The notes: generated by a model from the letters alone, not told the origin. 64,000 nucleotides of DNA from an uncultured SAR86 cluster bacterium (GCA_902542325.1 CACBUE010000002.1:57-64056), one strand, 5' to 3'. Positions 19,762-30,534 are shown, counted from the first letter of the stretch. Made by a program: numbers and translations.

Positions 19762-20664
19762 ATGGAACAATATTTAAATCTACTTACAGAAATAAAATCT
19801 AAAGGAACTAAAAAAGAGGATAGAACCGGAACAGGAACAATCAGCATATTCGGACATCAAATGAGATTTGATTTAAATGATGGGTTTCCATTAGTAACCA
19901 CTAAAAAAGTAAATTTCAATGCCATCTTGCATGAACTTTTATGGTTCATAAAAGGCGAGACAAATATCGAATATTTAGTAAAAAATAATGTAAACATATG
20001 GAATGAGTGGCCATTTCAAAGCTGGTTGGAGAGAACAAATCAAAATAATGGTCTGACTATGCATTCAAAGGAGTGGAAGGATAAATTACAAGAATTTATT
20101 GATCTAATAAAAAAAGACAATTCCTTCGCAAAAGAATATGGAGATCTCGGGCCAGTATACGGTAAGCAGTGGAGAGATTTTGAAGGAGTAGATCAACTAG
20201 CTCAAGTAATAGAGGATCTAAAGAAAAATCCTAACTCCAGACGTCATATTGTCTCAGCTTGGAATCCTAAGGAAATTCCAATAATGATTAAATCAGGCTT
20301 ACCACCTTGTCATACACTCTTTCAGTTTTATGTAGCTGATGGGAAGCTCTCTTGTCAGTTATATCAAAGAAGTGCCGATGTATTTCTAGGTGTTCCATAT
20401 AATATTGCGTCTTACGCCCTTCTTACTTACATGATAGCTTCGGTCACAGATCTAGAGGTTGGAGATTTTGTTCACTCTCTAGGTGATACACATATTTATC
20501 TGAATCATCTTGCTCAAGTTGATGAGCAGCTTTCTAGAGAGCCGCATCAGCTGCCTAAAATGGAGATAAATAAAAAAGATAATTTATTCGATTATAATTT
20601 TGAAGATTTCAAACTTATAGATTACAACTCTCACCCTTTTATTAGTGCTCCCATTGCTGTTTGA
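19762..20664 (+). CDS. thyA: Thymidylate synthase
   Basis: [30 protein letters not shown]. Confidence 0.97.
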   Translation: MEQYLNLLTEIKSKGTKKEDRTGTGTISIFGHQMRFDLNDGFPLVTTKKVNFNAILHELLWFIKGETNIEYLVKNNVNIWNEWPFQSWLERTNQNNGLTMHSKEWKDKLQEFIDLIKKDNSFAKEYGDLGPVYGKQWRDFEGVDQLAQVIEDLKKNPNSRRHIVSAWNPKEIPIMIKSGLPPCHTLFQFYVADGKLSCQLYQRSADVFLGVPYNIASYALLTYMIASVTDLEVGDFVHSLGDTHIYLNHLAQVDEQLSREPHQLPKMEINKKDNLFDYNFEDFKLIDYNSHPFISAPIAV

Positions 20665-21143
20665 TGGAAATCATATTAATTGCAGCTGTAGATAAAAATC
20701 TAGCAATAGGCAAAGATGGAAAAATCCCTTGGGAAATAAAAGAAGATCTAAAGTTCTTTAGAGAAAAAACAGAAGACACAGCCATCATAATGGGTCGTGC
20801 AACTTATGATTCAATAGGCCGACCCTTGCCAAAAAGGAAGAATATCGTAATGACTAGAACATTTAAGAAAAGAGAGGGAATAGTTGAAGTAAACTCTAGT
20901 AAGGATGCTTTAAAGCATGCAAAAAGTTACTCTGAAAAGATTAATATAATTGGCGGAGAATATATCTACAAAGAATTCCTACCCTTAGCTACAAAACTTC
21001 TGATAACAGAAATAGATATTGAAGTGATTTCACCAGATGCATTTTTTCCTGAGTGGGATAGAAGTCAATGGAAAGAAATCTCAAGAAAGCGAAGCTCTGA
21101 AAACAGGCTTAATTTTAGTTTTGTGGAATACCAGAGGTATTAG
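20661..21143 (+). CDS. folA: Dihydrofolate reductase
   Basis: [39 protein letters not shown]. Confidence 0.95.
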   Translation: MMEIILIAAVDKNLAIGKDGKIPWEIKEDLKFFREKTEDTAIIMGRATYDSIGRPLPKRKNIVMTRTFKKREGIVEVNSSKDALKHAKSYSEKINIIGGEYIYKEFLPLATKLLITEIDIEVISPDAFFPEWDRSQWKEISRKRSSENRLNFSFVEYQRY

Positions 21144-22609
21144 ACACCTAGAGCTTTTCTTTTCAACTTAAGAGCTTCGACCCTTTCTTCTTCACCTTCA
21201 GTATATGTCACCCATTTCCTGGCCTGGTCTTGTACCCTTTTCTTCTTCTCTTTTTGCTTTTCTTTTTTATCATCAAATTGTCTTTCAGCTACATCTATGC
21301 ATTTTCTAAAAGATTCAATGGCAGATTCCCATTTTTGATTTTCAAAATTTATCTGCCCCAATAGCATATAGGCAGCAGCTTCATCTTTAAGCTTACCTTT
21401 GTTTAGACCATCCTCAATGGCTTTTTCAGCTTTATCAAATTCATCTAAACTAAAATGAACTTGTCCTAAAAATATAAATAGTTCCCCTTCCTTAGACTTG
21501 GTCGCTGCTTGAAGGTAATAAGGTTTTGCTCTTTCAAGCTCCTTTGCTGCATGCCAATATTGAGCAGCAGCTTTTAATGTCTTCTCTTCTTTTTTAACTA
21601 TTCCTCGATTTAAGCCTTCTTCTATGACTTTGGCTGCTTTACGAGGATTTTCAAACATAAATAGAAGTTGCGATAAAGCGGTAAATTCTCTTTGTTTGTC
21701 TAGAAGATTGTCATCATAGGCGGCTTCAAGGGCACCCATTTGATCCATTTGTCTATCTCTTTGGCCATATAGACCTGACAAGTTAGTCCAATATCTCTTT
21801 TTCGGATAGTATTGAACAAGAATCTCATAAATTGGCAAGACTTCAAGGTCTTTCTTTAATTCGGAGTAAAGAGCCATTTTGAGTAAATAATGATTTTCTT
21901 TAGCTACTCCTTTTCTTGTTTCTCCTGTCTCAATCATCTCCCCCGTTTCATTGCCTTCAGCATCAAGAACTGCAACTTTTATGGGGATATCTCTAGATTC
22001 TTGAATTTCTATTGCAGTATCTATAGCTTCAACAGATTTTTGAAAGTTTTCTATTTGATAGTACGCTTGTGCAAGAAGTCCATACCCATCAGAGCTTGGC
22101 TCTTCTTCATTATCAAGCCATTCCAATAGGTAGTTTATTGATCCTTTGTAATCTTCTGCAATATATCTGAGTTGAGATAAAGAATATATTGCTCCCTGTC
22201 TTTCTTGATCATTTGAGTCTTCTTCAGCAATCAAATTTTTATATGCTCTTTCGGCAAGACCAAATTTTTCTTGTGAAAAATAGATATATCCTCTGTAATA
22301 AAACATCTTGGCCCTATCTGTGCTAGTGAATTTTGAATCTACTGCTGCTACAGGCTCAAGTGTGAGAAGAGCTTCTTCCCATTGTTCGTTTTCAATGAAA
22401 GGAACAAGGCCCTGTAAGATTCTTTGCATTTTCTTACTAGGCAATTTGGTACGTCTTCTTTTCTTTTTCTTCTTTTGATCATCTTCAGCTGCTTCCAGGG
22501 AGGAGCCTTTGTAATCTAGAGGTGATACTCCTAAAGTAACTGGCAATAAACTTATCACTGTTGCAATTAGAAATATTTTTAAGGGGTAATTTAATTTTAA
22601 TTTTTTCAT
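21140..22609 (-). CDS. Tetratricopeptide-repeat protein (TtpD-like) of the TonB operon
   Basis: Signal-peptide-like N-terminus and TPR-like helices; last gene of the TonB2-type cluster. Confidence 0.75.
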   Translation of the reverse strand: MKKLKLNYPLKIFLIATVISLLPVTLGVSPLDYKGSSLEAAEDDQKKKKKRRRTKLPSKKMQRILQGLVPFIENEQWEEALLTLEPVAAVDSKFTSTDRAKMFYYRGYIYFSQEKFGLAERAYKNLIAEEDSNDQERQGAIYSLSQLRYIAEDYKGSINYLLEWLDNEEEPSSDGYGLLAQAYYQIENFQKSVEAIDTAIEIQESRDIPIKVAVLDAEGNETGEMIETGETRKGVAKENHYLLKMALYSELKKDLEVLPIYEILVQYYPKKRYWTNLSGLYGQRDRQMDQMGALEAAYDDNLLDKQREFTALSQLLFMFENPRKAAKVIEEGLNRGIVKKEEKTLKAAAQYWHAAKELERAKPYYLQAATKSKEGELFIFLGQVHFSLDEFDKAEKAIEDGLNKGKLKDEAAAYMLLGQINFENQKWESAIESFRKCIDVAERQFDDKKEKQKEKKKRVQDQARKWVTYTEGEEERVEALKLKRKALGV

Positions 22610-22615
22610 AACTAT

Positions 22616-23257
22616 TTATGCACAGCCTTCAGGAACATAATCCGCCGGCTTACTAGGATCTTCAATCTTAAATACAATAATTGTTCGGACATTCGGTACT
22701 TCTACAGCTTCACCATCTCTTATCTGAGGTTTATATTTATACTTTAATGCAGACCGCATTGCTGATCTATCAAAAATTCCTGGAGGCACAGACCATTCAA
22801 CTTCGGGCTCTTTCGTAGAACCAACTTTCGTGACGGTGAATTTGAGCATTACACATCCTTCTATTCCTCTTTCTAGAGCTCTCCTAGGGTAAACGGGTGG
22901 AACTTGGAAAATTGGAACATACGAACCATCAGCAAATACACCTGCCTTCTTTCCTTTGAAGCCTAAGTTTGGTCTAGCTGCAGATGTGTCTAAGTCAGCT
23001 GGAGGAGTCATATCGAATTCAGGTGGCATTGTTTCAGGCGGAGGCTCCTCTTCTTGAGGACGCTCCATGTCCATCATGAGTTCAAGCTCTCTTTCAGGCA
23101 TAGTGACATCAGCTATTTTTATTGACTTGTCATTTAGCTCAACGTCACCAACGTCTATTAACCATTGCATAGCATAAAAAATAGCAACTGTGAGGAACAA
23201 AGATCCACTTAAAGTGGCCCCTAGCATTTTAAGATTTTGTTCCGCAAAAAATCCCAT
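22616..23257 (-). CDS. tonB: Energy transducer TonB
   Basis: N-terminal TM, Pro-rich linker, PVYPRRALERGIEG C-terminal domain. Confidence 0.9.
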   Translation of the reverse strand: MGFFAEQNLKMLGATLSGSLFLTVAIFYAMQWLIDVGDVELNDKSIKIADVTMPERELELMMDMERPQEEEPPPETMPPEFDMTPPADLDTSAARPNLGFKGKKAGVFADGSYVPIFQVPPVYPRRALERGIEGCVMLKFTVTKVGSTKEPEVEWSVPPGIFDRSAMRSALKYKYKPQIRDGEAVEVPNVRTIIVFKIEDPSKPADYVPEGCA

Positions 23258-23262
23258 AGAAT

Positions 23263-23706
23263 TTAAAATTTCGGTTCAGATGCTAAAGAAATTGCATATA
23301 CTCCAGCTTCTCTGGACTGGTCCATAACTTGTATGATTGCATCAGCCTGAGCCTTTTCATCAGCCTGAATAACAACTGAGCCTTGGGGGTTATCAGCCAA
23401 TAGCTTAGTAATATTTGCTTTAACTTGTCTTACATCTACCCTTCTACCGTCTATCCAAATATCATTTGTAGCGCCAATAGCAATAAGAATGGCAGCATTT
23501 TCTTGGATATTGGAAGTTTCAGCATCTGGCCTGTTAACTTCTAAACCAGGTTCTTTAATAAAATTAGCTGTTACGATAAAGAAAATCAGAAGAATGAAAA
23601 CTACGTCTAGCATAGGCGTTAAATTTATATCTTCTTCTTCAGCTACAGCACTACTAATTGGTGATCTTCTCATAATTAAATTCCTATTCTGCGACCAACT
23701 GATCAA
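23263..23706 (-). CDS. exbD: Biopolymer transport protein ExbD
   Basis: INLTPMLDVVFILLIFFIVT, VVIQAD. The real start is probably the internal Met (MRRSP). Confidence 0.92.
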   Translation of the reverse strand: MISWSQNRNLIMRRSPISSAVAEEEDINLTPMLDVVFILLIFFIVTANFIKEPGLEVNRPDAETSNIQENAAILIAIGATNDIWIDGRRVDVRQVKANITKLLADNPQGSVVIQADEKAQADAIIQVMDQSREAGVYAISLASEPKF

Positions 23707-24208
23707 CCAGTAGATCTTTTTCTTTTTGGGCCCTATTGACTAAAAATTGATTTGCTAATGTCCCCGTTAAAGCAACCGCCAAACCTGCCATGGCAGGTAT
23801 TGTTGACCTTGAAACTCCTCCGGCCATGGCCTTGGCATCGCCACCTCCAGTTACTGCTAGCAAGTGGAAAACTTCAATCATTCCAGTAATAGTTCCGAAT
23901 AAACCAAACAAAGGTGCTATACCAACACACATTTTTATAAGTCCGAGATTCTTATCAATTCTTATTTCATTCTCTGAAATTAACATATCTCTTATAGCCT
24001 TAGAATTCCAAGAGCTTTTATCTTGTCGTGAATCCCATTCTGTCATCGAGACTCCCACGAAGTTCTTATGAGTGTAAAAATAGAACCACATTCTTTCAAA
24101 AATAAGGAACCACATAACAAAGGCTAATAGTCCTATTAAATAGAGAACATCTCCTCCTCTTTGCATAAAAGCGAAAAGAGCGTCTGAAAAGTTATAAAAA
24201 AATTGCAT
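23684..24208 (-). CDS. exbB: MotA/TolQ/ExbB proton channel (short ExbB)
   Basis: APLFGLFGTITGMIEVF, AMAGGVS. Confidence 0.88.
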   Translation of the reverse strand: MQFFYNFSDALFAFMQRGGDVLYLIGLLAFVMWFLIFERMWFYFYTHKNFVGVSMTEWDSRQDKSSWNSKAIRDMLISENEIRIDKNLGLIKMCVGIAPLFGLFGTITGMIEVFHLLAVTGGGDAKAMAGGVSRSTIPAMAGLAVALTGTLANQFLVNRAQKEKDLLVDQLVAE

Positions 24209-24227
24209 CCGTTTATTTCTTTATAAT

Positions 24228-25619
24228 TTAATTAGTCCCCTCTGAACGTTTAGCGGCCATTCCTGTACTTGACTCTTCTATAGTACCTAAAATTCCCCTA
24301 GAAATATTATTTACTGTCGCATACATAAAGGTCGTCGGAATAGCAACCATCAAGCCAAGCCACGTTGTTACAAGAGCGGTGGAAATACCACTCGCCATTG
24401 TTTTTGGATCTCCAGTACCGAATAAGGTTATCATTGTAAAGGTTTCAATCATACCTATGATTGTTCCAAACAGACCCATCAAAGGTGCTACAACTGAGAC
24501 AATCTTGAGAACCCAATTTAAGCCCTCTACTGTAGGTCTTTCTTTAAGAATTTGCTCAGCCATTTTTAACTCTAAAGTCTCAGTATCGGCCTCTTTATCA
24601 TCCTCGGCAATTTTAAGAATTCTTCCTAGTGCATTATCATTACTCAGCATCGAATTTCCAGCTTGAGCTATCACACCGCCTCTAATATTCCATAACTCAT
24701 AGAATCGCCATATAAATAATAGCGTCGCAAGTAGACCTATTATCATTAACATATATCCTACTGGTCCACCTTCTTGCATCTTGCCCCATGTGCTTGGCAT
24801 TGATATCAAACTTGCAAGCAGAGAGCCCCCTTGGGGTCCGGTAGGATCAACAGCGAACTGAACAGGAAACGAGTCCCCGTCTAGGATATCTGAGGTTTGA
24901 GACGTATATCTTCCTGCAGGTTGTGAAGGAAGTTCTGAGTAAGCACCTCTCGAAGGAGAGTAAGTTAAATATTGTCCATCAGAAACTACATTAAAGTTAC
25001 CAACTCTTACTACATCTCTATTTTCCACATTACCGTCAGTAGTTATAACTTCGGTATTGAATTTGACAACCTCACCAGATGCATTAATTTCTCGTTGAAG
25101 TTCATACCACAATGTTTCAAGCTCCTGAATTGATGCTAATTTGATTCCTTCATTCATTTTAGAACCAAGAGCAGTCATAAATTCTTCTCTTTCTTTACCA
25201 AATTGAGCGGCCGTTATTGACTGTTCCATTATGTTTCTGGCTTCAGTAGTGTTTCCTGCTAAATGACCAAATATCTCGTTTAATGAACCGAGTCTTTCTC
25301 TTAATTGCTCCTCTGCCACAACTAATAATGCTTCATTAGCTTCAAATTGTTGTTCGAGTCTTGCAGCTTCTCTCTCTAGTCTTGCTCTTTCATCTTTGGC
25401 ATCTGAAAGTAGTTTAGCTTGTTTATTTTTTTCATTTCTAAACTCTGTCTCTCTGTCCCTTTGTTCTTGAGTATCAGCAAACTGACCTTGTTTAACTATT
25501 TCTAGTAATTCTTGCGGGTTTGAAGGTTGAGCGGCCTCTTCCTCACCTTCTTCAGAAAAAGTAAAAGAAGAAATTAGCCCGAAGCTTATAAGGAATATAA
25601 AAAGTTTAATTTTCTTCAT
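24228..25619 (-). CDS. TtpC-like long ExbB-family protein with a periplasmic coiled-coil domain
   Basis: Signal peptide, coiled coil, VDPT motif, C-terminal APLMGLFGTIIGMIETF...GDPKTMASGIS. Confidence 0.85.
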   Translation of the reverse strand: MKKIKLFIFLISFGLISSFTFSEEGEEEAAQPSNPQELLEIVKQGQFADTQEQRDRETEFRNEKNKQAKLLSDAKDERARLEREAARLEQQFEANEALLVVAEEQLRERLGSLNEIFGHLAGNTTEARNIMEQSITAAQFGKEREEFMTALGSKMNEGIKLASIQELETLWYELQREINASGEVVKFNTEVITTDGNVENRDVVRVGNFNVVSDGQYLTYSPSRGAYSELPSQPAGRYTSQTSDILDGDSFPVQFAVDPTGPQGGSLLASLISMPSTWGKMQEGGPVGYMLMIIGLLATLLFIWRFYELWNIRGGVIAQAGNSMLSNDNALGRILKIAEDDKEADTETLELKMAEQILKERPTVEGLNWVLKIVSVVAPLMGLFGTIIGMIETFTMITLFGTGDPKTMASGISTALVTTWLGLMVAIPTTFMYATVNNISRGILGTIEESSTGMAAKRSEGTN

Positions 25620-25620
25620 T

Positions 25621-26385
25621 TTAGTTAGCCTCCGTTGCTGCTGGCAAAGGTAATTCCATTAAATCAACCGTTGCTAATTTATTCGCAATCCTAAGACCAC
25701 GTCTTGTTGGATTCCTATAACTGTTATCAAGTTCTTCCCATGCTCTTGAATTGTTATTCCATGCGTGTGTTTGAGTTTCGTCAGCAGTTTGAAAAACCAT
25801 AGCGAGTCTTCCGACTCTCAATACATTACCTTCTATTAATTCTCCATCTATAACAATGCTGTCTTTATAGGCGTCTATTTTTCTACCATATTCTGCTTCA
25901 ACATTAAATGCCTCCAGGACTTGTCTCAATCCTTCAGCTGGAGAAACAGTTGGATTATCTAAAGCCGCTTTGGCAAATGCTATTCGCTCTTTCCTTTCTG
26001 CTAGGTGAAAAGGAAGATCTAATTCAATAGATGTTTCCACACCCGCTAGCATTCTTCGAGTAAAAGGAGGTATTTGTCTTTGCATTACCTGTGCTTCTTT
26101 TAAAGTTCTGTCAATCTCTTTTAAACGCTCTTCCTGACGTTGTATTTGTTGTCTCATTTGAGCGTTGTAAACTCTTAAACCTTCAATTTGCTTGCTGACA
26201 GTTTTGAACTCACTAACAATCACTGAAGTTTGTTCGTCCATTTCGTCAATTTTTGATTGAGATGTTTTTTCTGCAACTTGTCTAGCAGCCCCTACATCCA
26301 ATAAAGGTTGTATTTGATCACTAAATCCTACACTGGTGACTGAAATTCCAGCCAGCATAAAAACAATTTTACAAAGACGCGACAT
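25621..26385 (-). CDS. DUF3450 periplasmic protein (TtpB-like)
   Basis: Signal peptide, DLPFHLAERKER, EAEYGRKI, LRVGRL; strong AGGAG SD. Confidence 0.85.
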   Translation of the reverse strand: MSRLCKIVFMLAGISVTSVGFSDQIQPLLDVGAARQVAEKTSQSKIDEMDEQTSVIVSEFKTVSKQIEGLRVYNAQMRQQIQRQEERLKEIDRTLKEAQVMQRQIPPFTRRMLAGVETSIELDLPFHLAERKERIAFAKAALDNPTVSPAEGLRQVLEAFNVEAEYGRKIDAYKDSIVIDGELIEGNVLRVGRLAMVFQTADETQTHAWNNNSRAWEELDNSYRNPTRRGLRIANKLATVDLMELPLPAATEAN

Positions 26386-26535
26386 AGCTATCTCCTAATT
26401 TCTAAATTCCTATTTCTTATCTATTCGCAAAGTAGATGAATATTCTGAGTTTTGCAAGAAGATATTTGCTTCAAAACCACATAATATGAGGATTTACCCC
26501 ACAATACTTCACCGTTCCCCACAACGAACGGTTAA

Positions 26536-26564
26536 ACTATAGAGAGAAATAAGATTCAATGCAA
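26536..26564 (-). promoter_or_regulatory. Sigma70-type promoter for the TonB operon (TTGCAT-N17-TATAGT)
   Basis: Minus-strand -35 at 26564-26559 and -10 at 26541-26536, with a 17-nt spacer. Confidence 0.55.
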
Positions 26565-26599
26565 CGACAAATAAATGTTACTTTGTGAAAATTTAAAAT

Positions 26600-27374
26600 A
26601 TGTCAAATTTTGAATTTTTACTGATTTTGTTATTTTTTAATTCAATCGTATTAATTGGATTAGTTTCAAGAAGCATTAAGAGAAAAAGTCCAAGAATTTT
26701 ACTAAAATTTTTTTTTCTTACCAGTTTTTGCAAGTTGTTTACTTAGCATTTTTATTCAAGCTGCATTTCAAGTTTCAGAAATTTCGAATAGACAAATTAT
26801 TGCTAACTTTTTTCTTGTAATATGGTGCTTAAAATCTTTCTTTTCATATAAATCAATCAAATCCTTATTACTAGAAGACTTCCTTGCATTTATAAGGCAC
26901 CAAATTTCTGACAAAAACTATCTAGCCTTATTAACTAATATCGTGAAGATTTCTTCAATTCAAATAATATGCTTTAGCTCTGTTTTTTCTTTAAATTACT
27001 TATCAGGGTTTTCTCAATTTGGCTTCTTAGACATTATTGGGATAATTTTATGTTTAATTGGTTTATTCATTGAATTGTTATCTGATAAGGAGATAAAAAG
27101 TACGGAAAGAGATAAGTTCCTCACAAAAGGGCTAAGGTCCTATGTCCTTCATCCAAATATTACTGGCATTATTTTCTTCCTTACAGGACTTCAACTTCTT
27201 GCCACAGGAGGTGTTGGTTCAGAATGGTCATTTATAGGTCTATTAATTGCAACCTTTATCATTTATAAGATTTTAATACCTAAGATTGAAAGCAATTTAT
27301 TAAAAAAATATCCTAATTATTCTTCTTATATAGACAAGATGCCTAAAATATTTTCTTTCAAAAAAAATACATGA
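26600..27374 (+). pseudogene. DUF1295-like membrane protein split by a +1 frameshift (pseudogene or sequencing error)
   Basis: The ORF from ATG 26600 stops soon after a T9 run (26708-26716). Deleting one T joins it to the open frame that ends at 27374, which carries TKGLRSYVLHPNITG, a degenerate DUF1295 motif. Confidence 0.6.
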
Positions 27375-28204
27375 TGCAAAAGATTATCCCTCACATTTTT
27401 CTGACATTCATTGCTGGAGCATTGGCTGACTGTAAGATAAAAATCATCAAGAACTTTTTAATAAGAACTTTTATAGCCCTATATAAACCTAACCTTGAAG
27501 AGGCAATGAATAAGGATATAAATAGTTACAGTTCTTATAATGATTTTTTTACTAGGAAATTAGTAAAAGAGTCGAGGATAATTGAATTATCAGAAAACAG
27601 CTTTATCTCTCCTGTAGATGGTGAAATTGTAAGTCATGGTTTTATCGAAGACGGGAAACTTTTGCAGGCAAAGAAACATGACTATGAACTAGATGAACTT
27701 GTAGGAATAGATTATCAGAACAAATATAAAGAGGGCTATTTCATAACAATTTATCTAGCTCCAACTGACTACCACAGAATACATTGTCCTTGGGATGGGG
27801 AGATAATTCATTCTAATCATCTTGGATCTTCACTATATAGTGTCAATAAGAAGGCCCAAGAATCCATTCCACGTCTTTATATAAAAAATGAGAGATCTGT
27901 TTTGCATATTGCCTCAAACACTCTTGAATATGCTCTGGTATCAGTGGGTGCCTCTGTTGTAGGGAGTATTGTGCCCTTTTGGATTGATAACAAAGAGTGT
28001 TCTAGAAAAGAATTAGTGGAAAGATGGAAAATAGGTCCACCCGAAAATACTAAAGTTAAAAAAGGAGATGAATTAGCTTATTTCCGAATGGGATCAACAG
28101 TAATACTAATTTTTAAGGACTCATATAAAATAGATTTAGATTCCTTGAAAGAAAATAAGCTTGTAAAATTTGGAAACAAATTAGTTTCATTGAAAAATAT
28201 ATAG
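27371..28204 (+). CDS. psd: Phosphatidylserine decarboxylase proenzyme
   Basis: NDFFTRKL, SPVDG, YLAPTDYHRIHCP, NER, FRMGSTV self-cleavage motif. Confidence 0.92.
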   Translation: MMQKIIPHIFLTFIAGALADCKIKIIKNFLIRTFIALYKPNLEEAMNKDINSYSSYNDFFTRKLVKESRIIELSENSFISPVDGEIVSHGFIEDGKLLQAKKHDYELDELVGIDYQNKYKEGYFITIYLAPTDYHRIHCPWDGEIIHSNHLGSSLYSVNKKAQESIPRLYIKNERSVLHIASNTLEYALVSVGASVVGSIVPFWIDNKECSRKELVERWKIGPPENTKVKKGDELAYFRMGSTVILIFKDSYKIDLDSLKENKLVKFGNKLVSLKNI

Positions 28205-28213
28205 GAAGAAATC

Positions 28214-28777
28214 TTGGTATCGTACTCTACTAGTGACTTCAAAGTCGGTTTAAAAATAATAATCGATAACGACCCTTGCGTGATAATTGAAGAAGAATTT
28301 AATAAACCTGGTAAAGGGCAGGCTTTTAGTAAAATTAAGTTTAGAAACTACCTCACAGGAAGGGTTGGAGAAAAAACTTGTAAAGTCGGAGAATCTCTTG
28401 AGGCAGCTGATATTGAAGAATTAGACATGCAATTCCTATACAGCGAAGGAAGTGCGTGGTTTTTTATGCATCCCGATACTTATGAACAAATTCCAGTAGC
28501 TCTAAATATAGTGTCTGAACTTGAGAAATGGGTTACTGAAGAGGATATTTGTAAAATACTTCTCTGGAATGAAAAACCAATATCTGTAGTTGCGCCTACT
28601 TTTGTAGACCTTAAGATTGTACAAACTGATCCTGGTGTGAAGGGGGATACTGCGACAGGAGGCTCAAAACCAGCAACACTTTCAACTGGAGCAATAATAA
28701 AAGTACCTCTATTTGTATCAGAGGGCGAACTCGTCACAATTGATACGAGAAATGGAGAGTATCAAGGTCGAAAATAA
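28214..28777 (+). CDS. efp: Elongation factor P
   Basis: KPGKGQAF loop, PGVKGDTATGGSKPA, DTRNGEY; TTG start. Confidence 0.96.
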   Translation: MVSYSTSDFKVGLKIIIDNDPCVIIEEEFNKPGKGQAFSKIKFRNYLTGRVGEKTCKVGESLEAADIEELDMQFLYSEGSAWFFMHPDTYEQIPVALNIVSELEKWVTEEDICKILLWNEKPISVVAPTFVDLKIVQTDPGVKGDTATGGSKPATLSTGAIIKVPLFVSEGELVTIDTRNGEYQGRK

Positions 28778-28785
28778 ACTGCCCC

Positions 28786-30531
28786 ATGAAAGAAAAAATT
28801 AAGGAAAGCCTGTACAGCATAATTATAGATTTGTATGGAAGTTCAGAATTTATTCACGATGAATTTGAAATAAGCATACAAGATAATAAAGAAAAGGAAT
28901 ACGGTGATCTCGCAAGTAATGTAGCTTTGGTGCTAGCCAAACCTCTAAAAAGAAATCCTCGAGAGATTGCAGAAGAAATCAAAATCAAATTTATAACTGA
29001 CAAGGAAATAGTAAAAGTTGATGTTGCAGGACCTGGTTTTATTAACTTTTTCTTATCTAAAGAGTCACATGGTGCAATTTTAAAAGATATCTCTATTCAA
29101 AAAAATAATTTTGGAAAGATTGAATCGAATAATCAAAAAGTTCTTATTGAATATGTCTCAAGCAATCCCACGGGCCCTTTACATGTAGGACATGGAAGAG
29201 GTGCAGTTTTTGGATCTGTATTATCGAGGCTTTTGAAGGAAGCAGGATTTCAAGTAGATGAAGAATATTATGTAAATGATTTTGGCAGACAAATGAATAT
29301 TCTTTCTGCGAGCTTATGGATTAGATATGCACAGTTATTTGATAAGAACATAAAAATGTTAAATAACGGTTATCAAGGCGATTATCTAATTGCCATTGCA
29401 CAAAATTTAAAAAAATTCAGGTCTGATGAGCTGTATGAAGATGATGAGGAAATCAAAAGTCTTCTAGAAAATGAGAACGAAGATGCTGAAAAACATACTG
29501 ATGAGGTAATCGAAAGCATCAAATCTAAGCTAAGTGATGAATTTTCTTATGTGAGAGATTTTGCTCTCAGGGAAATATTAGAGTTAATAAAGGAAGATCT
29601 ATTAGAATTCGGCGTCGAACACAATCACTGGTTTTCAGAATCTGCACTTTATAAAAGTGAACTACATGATCTCAGCAAGGTTGATCAATCCATTGAAGAA
29701 CTATCATCTAAAGGATTTGTATACGAAAAAGAAGGTGCTATTTGGTTTAAATCTTCAGAACTTGGAGATGATAAAGACAGAGTTTTAAAAAGAGGCAATG
29801 GTGAATTTACTTATTTTGCCTCTGATGTAGCCTATCACCTAGATAAATATGATCGCGGATACGATAGAATAATCAATATTTGGGGGTCAGATCATCACGG
29901 CTACCTTCCAAGAGTAAAGGCTGCCATGGAAGCAAGTAAAAAGAATGTTGAAAAGCTTGAAGTAGTCTTTATTCAATTTGCTAATTTAATTAGGGCAGGA
30001 AAAAAAGTAACCATGTCTACTAGAAGTGGCAAATTTATTACACTTAAAGAACTCATAGAAGAGGTTACATCAGAAGCAGCAAGATTTTTTTATATTAATA
30101 GAAAAGCTGATCAACATTTAGACTTTGATTTAGACCTCGCAAAAGAGCAGTCTAAAGATAATCCTCTGTACTATATTCAATACGCGCATGCTCGCATATG
30201 CAGTGTTCTGCGTAAGTCCAAAGCTAGAGAAGAAGAATTGAATACATCAGAACTTGGATTATTGGATTCCAACAAAGAGATAGAAATACAGAAAATTCTT
30301 AAACAGTATCCTCCTCTAATTGAAAGAGCAGCTCTAGCAAGTGAGCCTCATTTAATTTGCTATTACTTAAAAGACTTGGCTAGTATTTTTCATAGTTACT
30401 ACAATACTGAAAAATTTATTGTTGAAGACCAGAAGCTTATGAACTCTAGATTATTCTTGCTGAGTGGAGTAAAGCAAGTTATTTGTAATGGGCTAACTAT
30501 TCTGGGAATAAATGCTCCTCATGAAATGTAG
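28786..30531 (+). CDS. argS: Arginine--tRNA ligase
   Basis: SNPTGPLHVGHGR, GSDHHGY, MSTRSG, YIQYAHAR. Confidence 0.97.
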   Translation: MKEKIKESLYSIIIDLYGSSEFIHDEFEISIQDNKEKEYGDLASNVALVLAKPLKRNPREIAEEIKIKFITDKEIVKVDVAGPGFINFFLSKESHGAILKDISIQKNNFGKIESNNQKVLIEYVSSNPTGPLHVGHGRGAVFGSVLSRLLKEAGFQVDEEYYVNDFGRQMNILSASLWIRYAQLFDKNIKMLNNGYQGDYLIAIAQNLKKFRSDELYEDDEEIKSLLENENEDAEKHTDEVIESIKSKLSDEFSYVRDFALREILELIKEDLLEFGVEHNHWFSESALYKSELHDLSKVDQSIEELSSKGFVYEKEGAIWFKSSELGDDKDRVLKRGNGEFTYFASDVAYHLDKYDRGYDRIINIWGSDHHGYLPRVKAAMEASKKNVEKLEVVFIQFANLIRAGKKVTMSTRSGKFITLKELIEEVTSEAARFFYINRKADQHLDFDLDLAKEQSKDNPLYYIQYAHARICSVLRKSKAREEELNTSELGLLDSNKEIEIQKILKQYPPLIERAALASEPHLICYYLKDLASIFHSYYNTEKFIVEDQKLMNSRLFLLSGVKQVICNGLTILGINAPHEM

Positions 30532-30534
30532 AAA

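Noticed and set aside
28214-28777. Unusual EF-P modification system
   Set aside because: Ordinary PGKG loop; absence of epmA/epmB from this window says nothing about the rest of the genome.
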